From the NCBI GenBank assembly GCA_041674405.1, contig JBAYVT010000003.1, forward strand, positions 90,001 to 122,000: 32,000 nucleotides of DNA, in the 5' to 3' direction. The stretch is from Patescibacteria group bacterium. GTDB lineage: Bacteria; Patescibacteriota; UBA1384; XYA2-FULL-43-10. A program made the position numbers and the translations under genes. A model generated the notes under the pieces. It ran no database searches and was not told where the DNA came from. It saw only the letters and a list, made by a program, of their open reading frames with translations. Below are positions 17,465 through 24,859 of the stretch, in pieces (position 1 is the stretch's first letter; every line of letters starts with the position of its first letter).

Positions 17465-18574
17465 CTACCCACCTTCCGGGCTGGTCAGGACCTCCTCAAT
17501 GACCAGGATTGACCTCTCCAGATCAAGGCCATCCAAGATAGCCTCACATTCGTTCAGAATCAGCCTGGCGCCCTCCATCGCCGTTGTCTCTCCTGTCCTC
17601 TGAGTCTTAAGAGACTCGATCCGGGCACGAAGGGTTTCGATCTCTCCCTCGATTCCCTCGATCTCGTGATCAAGGCGGTCAACTTCGAGACGATGCCCCT
17701 CGATTTCTTCTCGCACCTTGTCGGACGCTTCCTTCAAGTCCTGGTACGGACCAGAGGCAAGAAATCTGTGCATCCACTCGAGACACGCCCGGGATTCGCC
17801 ATCATTCGGCCTGCGCCCAAGCATCTGCGAGATGGTGCCAAAGGCACAAGATGTGAGAGAGTAGTGCCCGTCCACGCGACACAGATCCCGCTCCTTCACG
17901 CGAGCAACGGCATCACGCACACCCTCATTGGTCACTCGGCTCGGTGACCCAAGTATCTCGCCAAGGGCCCTCCGTGCGGCGCCCTTGACTTGGCCCTCGG
18001 TCAGCACAAGCCTACTCTTTGTAGTCATCCCGCGAATGATCTCGTAGAGCACGAGCCCATCCTGATCGCTGAAGCGCAAGAGTGCTTCCATTGCTGCGTC
18101 GTGTTCGGCTTCCTCGGAGTTGGGTGGTAGGACCTGTTCCTGTTCGGTGTGCTCAATCTCCTCAGTCTCATCAACCTCGAGGGCCTTGCCAGTCACGACT
18201 GCGTCGAGGCGGTTGAGCAGTTCGATGATCTGTGCCGGGCTCGGGCCATTGCTATCGGTGCTATAGACCCGGTAGGTGAAAGTGCCATGCATGGCCCGCC
18301 GGGGCATCTTGCACCTGATGAGGGCGTAATCCCGATCACCGGGATTGTCTACGCGCACTCCCCAGACACGATCCTCTTTCGGGCCACTTGTGGTGTCCAC
18401 ATCTGGTATCGAGATGGCCTTAAAGGGTCCGTGAAGGCCGGCTTCATCGAACTTCCCAGCTAGCCATCTCGGAAAACCAGGTGGCGACCACGACCCTGAC
18501 GGGTGTCTGGCACTCCCGACGACCTCTACGCTCGTTGTTCCTACCATTGCTTCGAACTGTCTACGTTTTGCCAA
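17465..18574 (-). CDS. GC-rich orphan protein (369 aa) with C-terminal coiled coil
   Basis: TTG start 6 nt after GGAGAGGTGA. Heptad-like C-terminus (EEIEGHRLEVDRLDHEIEGIEGEIETLRARIESLK). No family recognised. Composition differs clearly from the flanks. Confidence 0.7.
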   Translation of the reverse strand: MAKRRQFEAMVGTTSVEVVGSARHPSGSWSPPGFPRWLAGKFDEAGLHGPFKAISIPDVDTTSGPKEDRVWGVRVDNPGDRDYALIRCKMPRRAMHGTFTYRVYSTDSNGPSPAQIIELLNRLDAVVTGKALEVDETEEIEHTEQEQVLPPNSEEAEHDAAMEALLRFSDQDGLVLYEIIRGMTTKSRLVLTEGQVKGAARRALGEILGSPSRVTNEGVRDAVARVKERDLCRVDGHYSLTSCAFGTISQMLGRRPNDGESRACLEWMHRFLASGPYQDLKEASDKVREEIEGHRLEVDRLDHEIEGIEGEIETLRARIESLKTQRTGETTAMEGARLILNECEAILDGLDLERSILVIEEVLTSPEGG

Positions 18575-18735
18575 AGCGGTTCACCTCTCCCTGAAAGCGT
18601 TGGTACGGCAACACACTTATACCACAAAAAGCCAAAATTGACCAGCATAATAGCTGATCTTATTGCTAGCGATTAATATGAAAATGCTAAAACCGAAAAA
18701 AGGTCAACAAAAATATTTTAATATTGAGGTTGTTC

Positions 18736-19014
18736 TTAAATCCGATTGATCTTTAAAACTGAATCTTGCAAAGAGGCTTCCACTTCTTGCCCGATTTCCA
18801 GATTTAAATTTTGGCGCAGGGTTTTCGTCATACCAATGAATTGATCAATTGAACCATCAATAATAATGGCAGATAATCCATTAATAATTGATTTACCCTT
18901 ACAAACGCCGAGATTCTTTTGATTCTTTGGGCTTAGAGCACACAGAGGAGTGCTTTTGACATCTTTAAATTTTTTTAACGTCTCTTTCTTAAAACCACGA
19001 ACGATTAGTTTCAT
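18736..19014 (-). CDS. Small AT-rich hypothetical protein (92 aa)
   Basis: ORF with host-like composition lying between the two GC-rich genes. The tail ...IGMTKTLRQNLNLEIGQEVEASL is vaguely like a small beta-barrel (AbrB/CDC48-N type). Weak. Confidence 0.45.
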   Translation of the reverse strand: MKLIVRGFKKETLKKFKDVKSTPLCALSPKNQKNLGVCKGKSIINGLSAIIIDGSIDQFIGMTKTLRQNLNLEIGQEVEASLQDSVLKINRI

Positions 19015-19214
19015 AATTCTCCTTTGAATTTAAATATTTGTACAAAGAATAATAATATTTCACTACTTTACATAATAACAGAAATATTGTTTTACTTAGC
19101 CAATGGTTCAATAATAGTCATTTGATCAATAATATTTCATTTACTATATTTCTCTGGTATAAGCATATTATGGTTGTCTCGACGTTATCCTAAAGGAAGG
19201 ACTGGTGGATACGA

Positions 19215-20591
19215 TTGAAAAAGGTACCGACTAACCGTAATCCGAGGAGAGGCAAGCTGGAAGGAGAGGGAAAGACCAAGCGGCTGTACCATGCAGTCGG
19301 CAGAGGATTTGGGGAGGTGGTGATCGTAGAGCAGAAGAACACGATCACCAAGCACAACGACCCCTCCCAGACCGAGGAGTTCGAGTCTAAGGGCCGCTGT
19401 TCCACGACATTCGCCTCGCGGGTTTTCGAGCTGCTCACCGCGGCCGGAATCCCCAATGCCTTCATTCGCCAGACGGGCGACAACGAGTTTCTCATGCACA
19501 GATGCAAGATGCTGGGACTCGAGGTCGTCATCCGCCGTCTCGCGATGGGCAGCTACTTTGACCGCAACCCCCACATGAGGCCCAAGGCTGGTGATCCGGC
19601 TCCGCGCCTCCACCGGCTGGTCATCGAGATGATGCTGAAGACCACGGAAGGGATCGTTCCGCTCTTGAACGGAAGCACGCACGACACCGGCATCCGCGAT
19701 CCCAAGCGGCAAGATCCGCTCATTGTGGATCCATCGGCCGAGATCTGGAAGCTCGCACACCCGCATCTCCCGCTCTGGGACACCGAGTCCTACATCGGCG
19801 AGATCGAGGCCAATCGCGTGATGGATCCTGTCCATCTCGAACAGATCGAACGGCTGGCGCGCCTCATCTTCCTTCTCCTGGAGTCAGCACTCACCAATGT
19901 GGGTAGCCGACTGGCGGACCTCAAACTCGAGTTCGGCTTCCTGCCAGACGGAACACTGGTGGTCGCCGACGTGATCGACCCGGATTCGCTCCGGCAAGCC
20001 GTGTGGAACAACGATCTGGACGCGTGGATAGACTTGAGCAAGCAGAGCTTCCGGGACGGCATAGGCCTTGAGGAAGTCGAGCGCAAGTACCTGAACGCGG
20101 CCATGCTCGCGGAGAGGATCCGTGTTCCTCGCCAAGCGCTCATCACGTGGATAGGATCGCCCAAGGACACCCACCCGCCGGTGGACAGTAAGCTACTGCT
20201 TCACACCGGCATCACCCATGAGAAGGTCATGATCTCGGGACACAAGCAGCCCGAGCACGTTCTTCCCGAACTCGAGCACCTCCTCGCCCAGTACCCCGAT
20301 GGCGGCGTGATTATCGCCAAGGTGGGGATGTCCAACGGCTTGGGCCCGATCCTCGCCGCTCGCACCTCTCTGCCCGTGATCTCGGTCGTCGCCAACGCGG
20401 CCCCGGACGATCACGGGGTAGTACACCTGGAAGATGCGTGGAGTTCGCTTCGCATGCCCTCAGACGTGCCGAACCTCACGGTGCTAAGCGAGAAGAACGC
20501 CATCACCGCGGCGCTGAACATCCTTGCCCGGAAGGATCCGGTGCTGTACATGTTCCGGCAGTACGAGATCGAGAAGCTTGCGGCGGTGTAA
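19215..20591 (+). CDS. PurC-PurE fusion: SAICAR synthetase-like N-domain plus AIR carboxylase (PurE class II-like) C-domain, PAICS-like
   Basis: N-domain motifs: GEGKTKRLY, LEVVIRRLAMGSY, LADLKLEFG, VADVIDPDSLR. C-domain motifs: IGSPKD, ISGHKQPE, GMSNGLGPILA, LPVISV, AWSSLRMPS. These are collinear with human PAICS as I recall it. TTG start after AAGGAAGGA. Confidence 0.8.
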   Translation: MKKVPTNRNPRRGKLEGEGKTKRLYHAVGRGFGEVVIVEQKNTITKHNDPSQTEEFESKGRCSTTFASRVFELLTAAGIPNAFIRQTGDNEFLMHRCKMLGLEVVIRRLAMGSYFDRNPHMRPKAGDPAPRLHRLVIEMMLKTTEGIVPLLNGSTHDTGIRDPKRQDPLIVDPSAEIWKLAHPHLPLWDTESYIGEIEANRVMDPVHLEQIERLARLIFLLLESALTNVGSRLADLKLEFGFLPDGTLVVADVIDPDSLRQAVWNNDLDAWIDLSKQSFRDGIGLEEVERKYLNAAMLAERIRVPRQALITWIGSPKDTHPPVDSKLLLHTGITHEKVMISGHKQPEHVLPELEHLLAQYPDGGVIIAKVGMSNGLGPILAARTSLPVISVVANAAPDDHGVVHLEDAWSSLRMPSDVPNLTVLSEKNAITAALNILARKDPVLYMFRQYEIEKLAAV

Positions 20592-20647
20592 CCGCCAGCG
20601 AGCCCGTACAAAGTTCTTCCATCCCGGAAGACAATAGCAGCAAACGC

Positions 20648-20676
20648 TTCAGGCGGCCCGACTCGGGCCGCCTGAA
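20648..20676 (+). terminator. Strong GC hairpin downstream of the PurC-PurE gene (terminator-like, no T-run)
   Basis: TTCAGGCGGCCCG act CGGGCCGCCTGAA, a 13-bp perfect stem. Confidence 0.45.
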
Positions 20677-20970
20677 ATGCTACAGAATCAAAATTCTCAT
20701 TAATTATCCGATGATATACCGACATAAAATACATTAAGAGAAGGAGGCCCGCGCAGTACAGTCGGGCCTCGTTGCTCGGCGGATTACCGCCATCGGTCAC
20801 CTTCTTCTCTCCTTGTGATTCTTTAGCGCCCAACGAATGAGAAACTATTAAAAATTAGACGAAATATTTCCAGCAGAATCAACAATACTAAGTTTATTGT
20901 TTGGCATATGCAAAAGTATTTCAGCATGACTGCAAAAATTGAAATAGAGAATATATTTGAAAACGATAAT

Positions 20971-21783
20971 TTACTTGCGATATTTTTTCAGCAATCTATC
21001 GCTTACCGGAACAATTATCATCAGCCCGGCTAATAGTCCCAGGACCAGCCACTTATTTTCGGAGACAGGATTTTGCGGCCCGGTTTCCGGCAAAGCTGTT
21101 ATCGTAGTAGTTGTAGCGGGTGTAGCAGGATTGTTAACAACAATTCTAACTGTTGACGAAAGATAAGTGTCCTCGCCTTCAGCCTTTGCCTTGTCGAGAT
21201 CAAATACCCCCGCAATCCTTTCTGCATCTGGACCAACAACATAAAATGTGCCAGTTATTACTGTCTGATCGGGAACGTCAGATTTTATTCTAGCCGAGAT
21301 TGACCCAATCTCGGCGTCCATCGTGGTGTCCAGACCATTACTCAAAATAATTGCTTCGGGCGAAGAATATTCGAAAGCATTAGTGTCAAGGTCCAAATCT
21401 CCCATTCCAGAGCCGAAAATATCAAGATTCTCAAGATATTCCGCGTTTGTGAAAGAAACGCCAAAAATCGGGTTTATGCTAGTGTTACCCTCGACCCGAG
21501 TGAGTCCGAGAAAGGTCAAATTATCACCAGGACTTGCTGTCAACGTTTCGCCAAGGCCACCGGCCATTTCCGGATTGGCCGAATAGTCGGAGTAGTTATA
21601 CAAATCATCATTTGTCGCCTCAAGAAAACAATTCTCTATCTTGCACACCAATGCGGCCATATAGAGAGAATTCCCCTCTCCTAAGTCGTAGTATGTTTCC
21701 GGAGTAGCGCCAGCAATCGTGGGAAATAATGAACTTATAGCCATAGCGATCATCGTAGTCCAGACTAGACAAAATTTTTTCAT
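20971..21783 (-). CDS. LPXTG-anchored surface protein (sortase substrate)
   Basis: Signal peptide MKKFCLVWTTMIAMAISSLFPTIAGA. C-terminal LPETG, a hydrophobic stretch, then a KKYRK tail. Confidence 0.8.
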   Translation of the reverse strand: MKKFCLVWTTMIAMAISSLFPTIAGATPETYYDLGEGNSLYMAALVCKIENCFLEATNDDLYNYSDYSANPEMAGGLGETLTASPGDNLTFLGLTRVEGNTSINPIFGVSFTNAEYLENLDIFGSGMGDLDLDTNAFEYSSPEAIILSNGLDTTMDAEIGSISARIKSDVPDQTVITGTFYVVGPDAERIAGVFDLDKAKAEGEDTYLSSTVRIVVNNPATPATTTTITALPETGPQNPVSENKWLVLGLLAGLMIIVPVSDRLLKKYRK

Positions 21784-21842
21784 ATCCCTCCCTTATTTAT
21801 AAATACATTATATCAAATCAGGCTATTGACAGATATAAAGTC

Positions 21843-22430
21843 TCAAAGATATTTCACGGTTTTTTTTGTTATCACCGACGCCGTTGTCTGAGCTTTAGAC
21901 ATCTTGATGTCTCTGATATAGAATTCGGCCGACGTTAGTTTTTTGTAGTCGGTTATTTTTTCAATGAACTCAATTCCGTTTAAATGATCATATTCATGCT
22001 GGATAACCCGTGCAAGAATGCCGTCGCAGCTAAGCTGAAACTTTTTTCCGTTTTGACCGGTCGCTTCAATTGTGATTTCTTTCGGCCTTTTCACCGGTCC
22101 GAAGATCTGGGCATTTGCGAAACTGCCACATCCTTCGTAGGCGATTGATTCTTCGAGAGAACTTTTGATAATTTTCGGGTTAATGTAGATTCTTAATTCA
22201 TCAGATTGATCAGCTGTTCTGAACTTTGTCTCTCGCGGTTCTGTAACAAAAATTTTGAAATTTTCACCAATTTGAGGAGCAGACAGCCCGACGAGAAGCT
22301 CTTTACTCCTCAAGCTATCGATCAGATCATCAATCACTTGCTTGGTTTTTGGGTCCCCAAAATCAGTCACAGCTTTATTCTCAGCCTTCAGCCTTGGATC
22401 GCCAACTTGTATTGTTTCGCGAACGGCCAT
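21843..22430 (-). CDS. def: Peptide deformylase
   Basis: Three motifs are present: GLSAPQIG, EGCGS (a variant of EGCLS) and HEYDHLNG. Confidence 0.9.
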   Translation of the reverse strand: MAVRETIQVGDPRLKAENKAVTDFGDPKTKQVIDDLIDSLRSKELLVGLSAPQIGENFKIFVTEPRETKFRTADQSDELRIYINPKIIKSSLEESIAYEGCGSFANAQIFGPVKRPKEITIEATGQNGKKFQLSCDGILARVIQHEYDHLNGIEFIEKITDYKKLTSAEFYIRDIKMSKAQTTASVITKKTVKYL

Positions 22431-22432
22431 AA

Positions 22433-22897
22433 TTATTCCTCAATATTTTCAAACCTTCCATCCTCATATGGCGGCAGACAAATTTCATATGCTGTCAGCG
22501 CCGAATCAGGCGCCGCTTCCCATTGCATCGTATCATCAATTCCAATTGAAAAATATTCCGGTTCCTCATCTTCCTTCTCTACATCATAGATTTTTTGGCT
22601 CCCATCAGGTTTTGTAACGGTCAATTTGCCTTTGCCGGCAAGATAACCTTCAATTGTTGATTCTCCTTTGAGGACTCGCTGCAATGGTGTTTTCATACCT
22701 GGCTGAACGCGGATAACACCGAGGTCCTTATCAGGATCGTCATCGAAAGTGTAGACATCACACTCGACCCCATCGATGACTTGCATAGTCTCGATGAACG
22801 AGACCGGTTGCCAGTCATGTTCGTGCCTAAATGCACCAATCTTGTCATGATTTACTTCGGCATATTCGCTTGGGGTTGTGCTGCCTTGTTCGTTCAT
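22433..22897 (-). CDS. Acidic beta-rich hypothetical protein (cupin-like guess)
   Basis: 154 aa, abutting def with a 2-nt gap. No diagnostic motif. Confidence 0.5.
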   Translation of the reverse strand: MNEQGSTTPSEYAEVNHDKIGAFRHEHDWQPVSFIETMQVIDGVECDVYTFDDDPDKDLGVIRVQPGMKTPLQRVLKGESTIEGYLAGKGKLTVTKPDGSQKIYDVEKEDEEPEYFSIGIDDTMQWEAAPDSALTAYEICLPPYEDGRFENIEE

Positions 22898-23002
22898 CGC
22901 ATGCTCCAGTGAAATTGATATTTACTAATATTACCAGAAAGGCTGAAATTCTCAGCCTTTAGCTCCGTTGGTATCTTCTCAAATTCTATGGATTATGCAA
23001 AA

Positions 23003-23878
23003 TTATAACCCAATTTTAACCAGAACAACACCAAAAATTAGGATTAAGCTGCCAATAATTGTTTCAAGTTTTGGCTTATCTTTGAAAAAAATAAAGCTGA
23101 AGAGCAGAGCAAAGAAAACCTGCGATCGAAAAAGCGCTGTGACAATTCCTACGTTTCCACCGCCTATCGATACAAATCCCAAAATATTGCCCATTGCGAA
23201 TAACACTCCCAGGGCAAGTAATACCCATATATTCATTGAGATCTGAGATATTACTGCGCTTCTTCTGGCAAATAAATAAGGCAACAACCCAATGATTATT
23301 ACCATATTTTCTATGAATAATGTAAAAATGACGTTTTTCGGAAATGTTCCTAGAATTGCAATTTTGTCGAAGACTGAAACAAATCCAAGCGCGATAACTG
23401 AAATAAGCATTAAGAAGGCATATTTGTTTTTTACTAGAATTTTGAATGGTTCAAGTAATCCCTCTTTTGCAGTACTGACATTTATTGTATAAATTCCGAC
23501 AAGCGAAACCATGCTTCCCGCCAGAGAAATCAGGGAAGGTCTTTCTGAAAGCGGCGGCAAGAATGCCAGTGTCATGGTGACAATCGGACTCAAAATAATT
23601 ATTGGATATATTTGAGATATGGGAGCATCTTTGATCGCTCTAAATTGAGTAATTCTCGATAGTGTATAGAAAATGGTTGAACATAGTACGCCAACAATAA
23701 ATAGGACGCTGAGATTTGGAATCCCATCTTTGAGAGCAAAATAAGACATTAGGGTAGTCGAGATCACAATCATCGTCCAGAACAGAATGACTGGGTCGAC
23801 TTTATTTAAAATTCTTTTGTTTAGAACAACAAGAATTCCAGATACGAAAGCGGCAGATAGAGCAATATAAAACCACAT
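23003..23878 (-). CDS. EamA/DMT-family transporter
   Basis: 291 aa with about 10 TM segments in two similar halves, typical of the drug/metabolite transporter superfamily. Confidence 0.75.
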   Translation of the reverse strand: MWFYIALSAAFVSGILVVLNKRILNKVDPVILFWTMIVISTTLMSYFALKDGIPNLSVLFIVGVLCSTIFYTLSRITQFRAIKDAPISQIYPIIILSPIVTMTLAFLPPLSERPSLISLAGSMVSLVGIYTINVSTAKEGLLEPFKILVKNKYAFLMLISVIALGFVSVFDKIAILGTFPKNVIFTLFIENMVIIIGLLPYLFARRSAVISQISMNIWVLLALGVLFAMGNILGFVSIGGGNVGIVTALFRSQVFFALLFSFIFFKDKPKLETIIGSLILIFGVVLVKIGL

Positions 23879-23925
23879 ACTTTATTCCAATCAGTTTTGC
23901 AGTTCAGTTTTATTTAATGTGTAAT

Positions 23926-24016
23926 TGGCGGTGGGAGAGGGATTCGAACCCTCGAGACCCTTGCGAGCCTACACGCTTTCCAAGCGTGCGCACTAGACCA
24001 ACTATGCGATCCCACC
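23926..24016 (-). tRNA. tRNA-Ser (anticodon GGA), class II with long variable arm, CCA encoded
   Basis: Hand-folded from GGTGGGA-TC-GCA...TGC-G-CACGC-TTGGAAA-GCGTG-(18-nt variable arm)-GAGGG-TTCGAAT-CCCTC-TCCCACC-G-CCA. An extended -10 box (TGGTAGAAT) lies just upstream. Confidence 0.9.
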
Positions 24017-24045
24017 AACGGACAAATTCTACCATATTTGAAGCT

Positions 24046-24585
24046 AAAAAAGAAGTCCCGACAGCCTAGAAGGCTCCCGGGAGATTCCTCGAAACCTGGA
24101 TCTTCAGTCAGCGTCCGCGGCGAGCCGCACCTTGGTCCCTCCAACCGCTCCCACTATGGGCCTTCGGAGTAACGCCCCTTGCAGGTTTGTTCCTCCCGTT
24201 GGGCTTCGTGCTCTTGGTCTTAACCTTACCCAAGCTAGACACCTCCCTGTAATCTACAGCCGAGATGGAAATAATATAGCTGATCAGATTCAATTGGTCA
24301 AATGAAAGGAACAGCTCCGGCGAATGCCGGAGCTTACGACTTGCGTCCCAACTCAAATGAAGATGAAAGGAAGAGGGCTGCCGCAGAGAGTTTATAGCCG
24401 TGCCAAGGCATCTCTCTGCAGCTTGGTGCAATTCGGTGCTGCAGCCGTTGTTGCGATCATTGCTTCAATATAGGAGTATACTCACGCAGACCACCGACGG
24501 CCAGGCGCTATGGCCCGGCTTGTCACACCATGGGCTACCACCTCCTTACGGGAGGAGAAAAACGGCGACGCAGTGCCGCTTCTCC
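24046..24585 (-). ncRNA. Large GC-rich structured RNA (about 540 nt). Best guess is a divergent or expanded RNase P RNA, otherwise unknown
   Basis: TTGACA-16-TATATT promoter (24619..24592). The 5' GGAGAAG can pair with the 3' CTTCTTT, followed by a T6 run. Many perfect hairpins (24313-24334, 24541-24555, 24380-24422). Blocks resemble RNase P CR-I, CR-II and CR-III: GACAAGCCGGGCCATAG, GCAACAACGG, GGGTAAGGTTAAGACCAAGAGC. No plausible ORF. Confidence 0.55.
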
Positions 24586-24589
24586 AATA

Positions 24590-24771
24590 TTAATATAACA
24601 CTGCAATATGCAGTGTCAAATAGCCTAAAATGGTGTATCCTGGGCGCGCGGCTGGGCGCGCCCAGGACCGGATGGTAATGTGCGGCAAAGCCGCGAATCC
24701 CCCGGGATGGATTGGATAGGGGGTGGTTGCTTGACTTTGGCCGACTCTGGCCTTAAGTCCAGCGGGTATGT
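24590..24771 (-). ncRNA. Second structured RNA module (about 180 nt), unknown class
   Basis: TTGACA-16-TAACAT promoter (24806..24779). A 12-bp perfect GC hairpin at 24638-24667, GCGGC ttt GCCGC, and a terminal CACTGCA tat TGCAGTG followed by a U/A-rich tail. Confidence 0.4.
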
Positions 24772-24807
24772 AAGATAAATGTTAGCACGAGAAAAAATAT
24801 TGTCAAT

Positions 24808-24840
24808 AAAATATACCATCACGAAGATGGTATATTTTTT
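24808..24840. terminator. Bidirectional terminator downstream of ppsA
   Basis: ATATACCATC acgaa GATGGTATAT flanked by an A-run and a T6 run. Confidence 0.65.
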
Positions 24841-24859
24841 AACCACAAAAAATTTATTT

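Noticed and set aside
19185-20833. Multiple minus-strand ORFs antisense to the PurC-PurE gene (19185..19835, 19190..19531, 19790..20170, 19884..20174, 20193..20426, 20411..20833), and the plus-strand ORFs antisense to the 369-aa gene.
   Set aside because: Long antisense ORFs are expected in GC-rich coding sequence. These have no motifs or RBS, and the sense frames carry clear enzyme motifs.
23926-24016. tRNA-Ser as an integration site for a genomic island covering the GC-rich genes.
   Set aside because: I could find no integrase or recombinase in the window and no direct repeat of the tRNA 3' end at lower coordinates. Ordinary AT-rich genes (def, the EamA transporter, the LPXTG protein) lie between the tRNA and the GC-rich segments.
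24040-24535. RNase P RNA on the plus strand. GAAGTCCCGAC at 24052 looks like CR-I with the bulged U, and CCCGGCTT at 24512 matches CR-V.
   Set aside because: The P1-P3 region would have to lie in the AT-rich, unstructured sequence overlapping the antisense of tRNA-Ser. There is no plus-strand promoter. A helix at 24380-24422 has a C-A mismatch on the plus strand but a G-U pair on the minus strand. The P4 pairing would also contain a C-C mismatch.
24046-24771. tmRNA or SRP RNA as the identity of the GC-rich RNA block.
   Set aside because: There is no tRNA-like 3' end (T-arm GGTTCGAATCC plus CCACCA) and no tag-peptide-like reading frame. The SRP domain IV signature GGAAGCAGC is absent on either strand. 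GGGGGATTCGCGG only superficially resembles the tmRNA 5' GGAUUCGAC motif.
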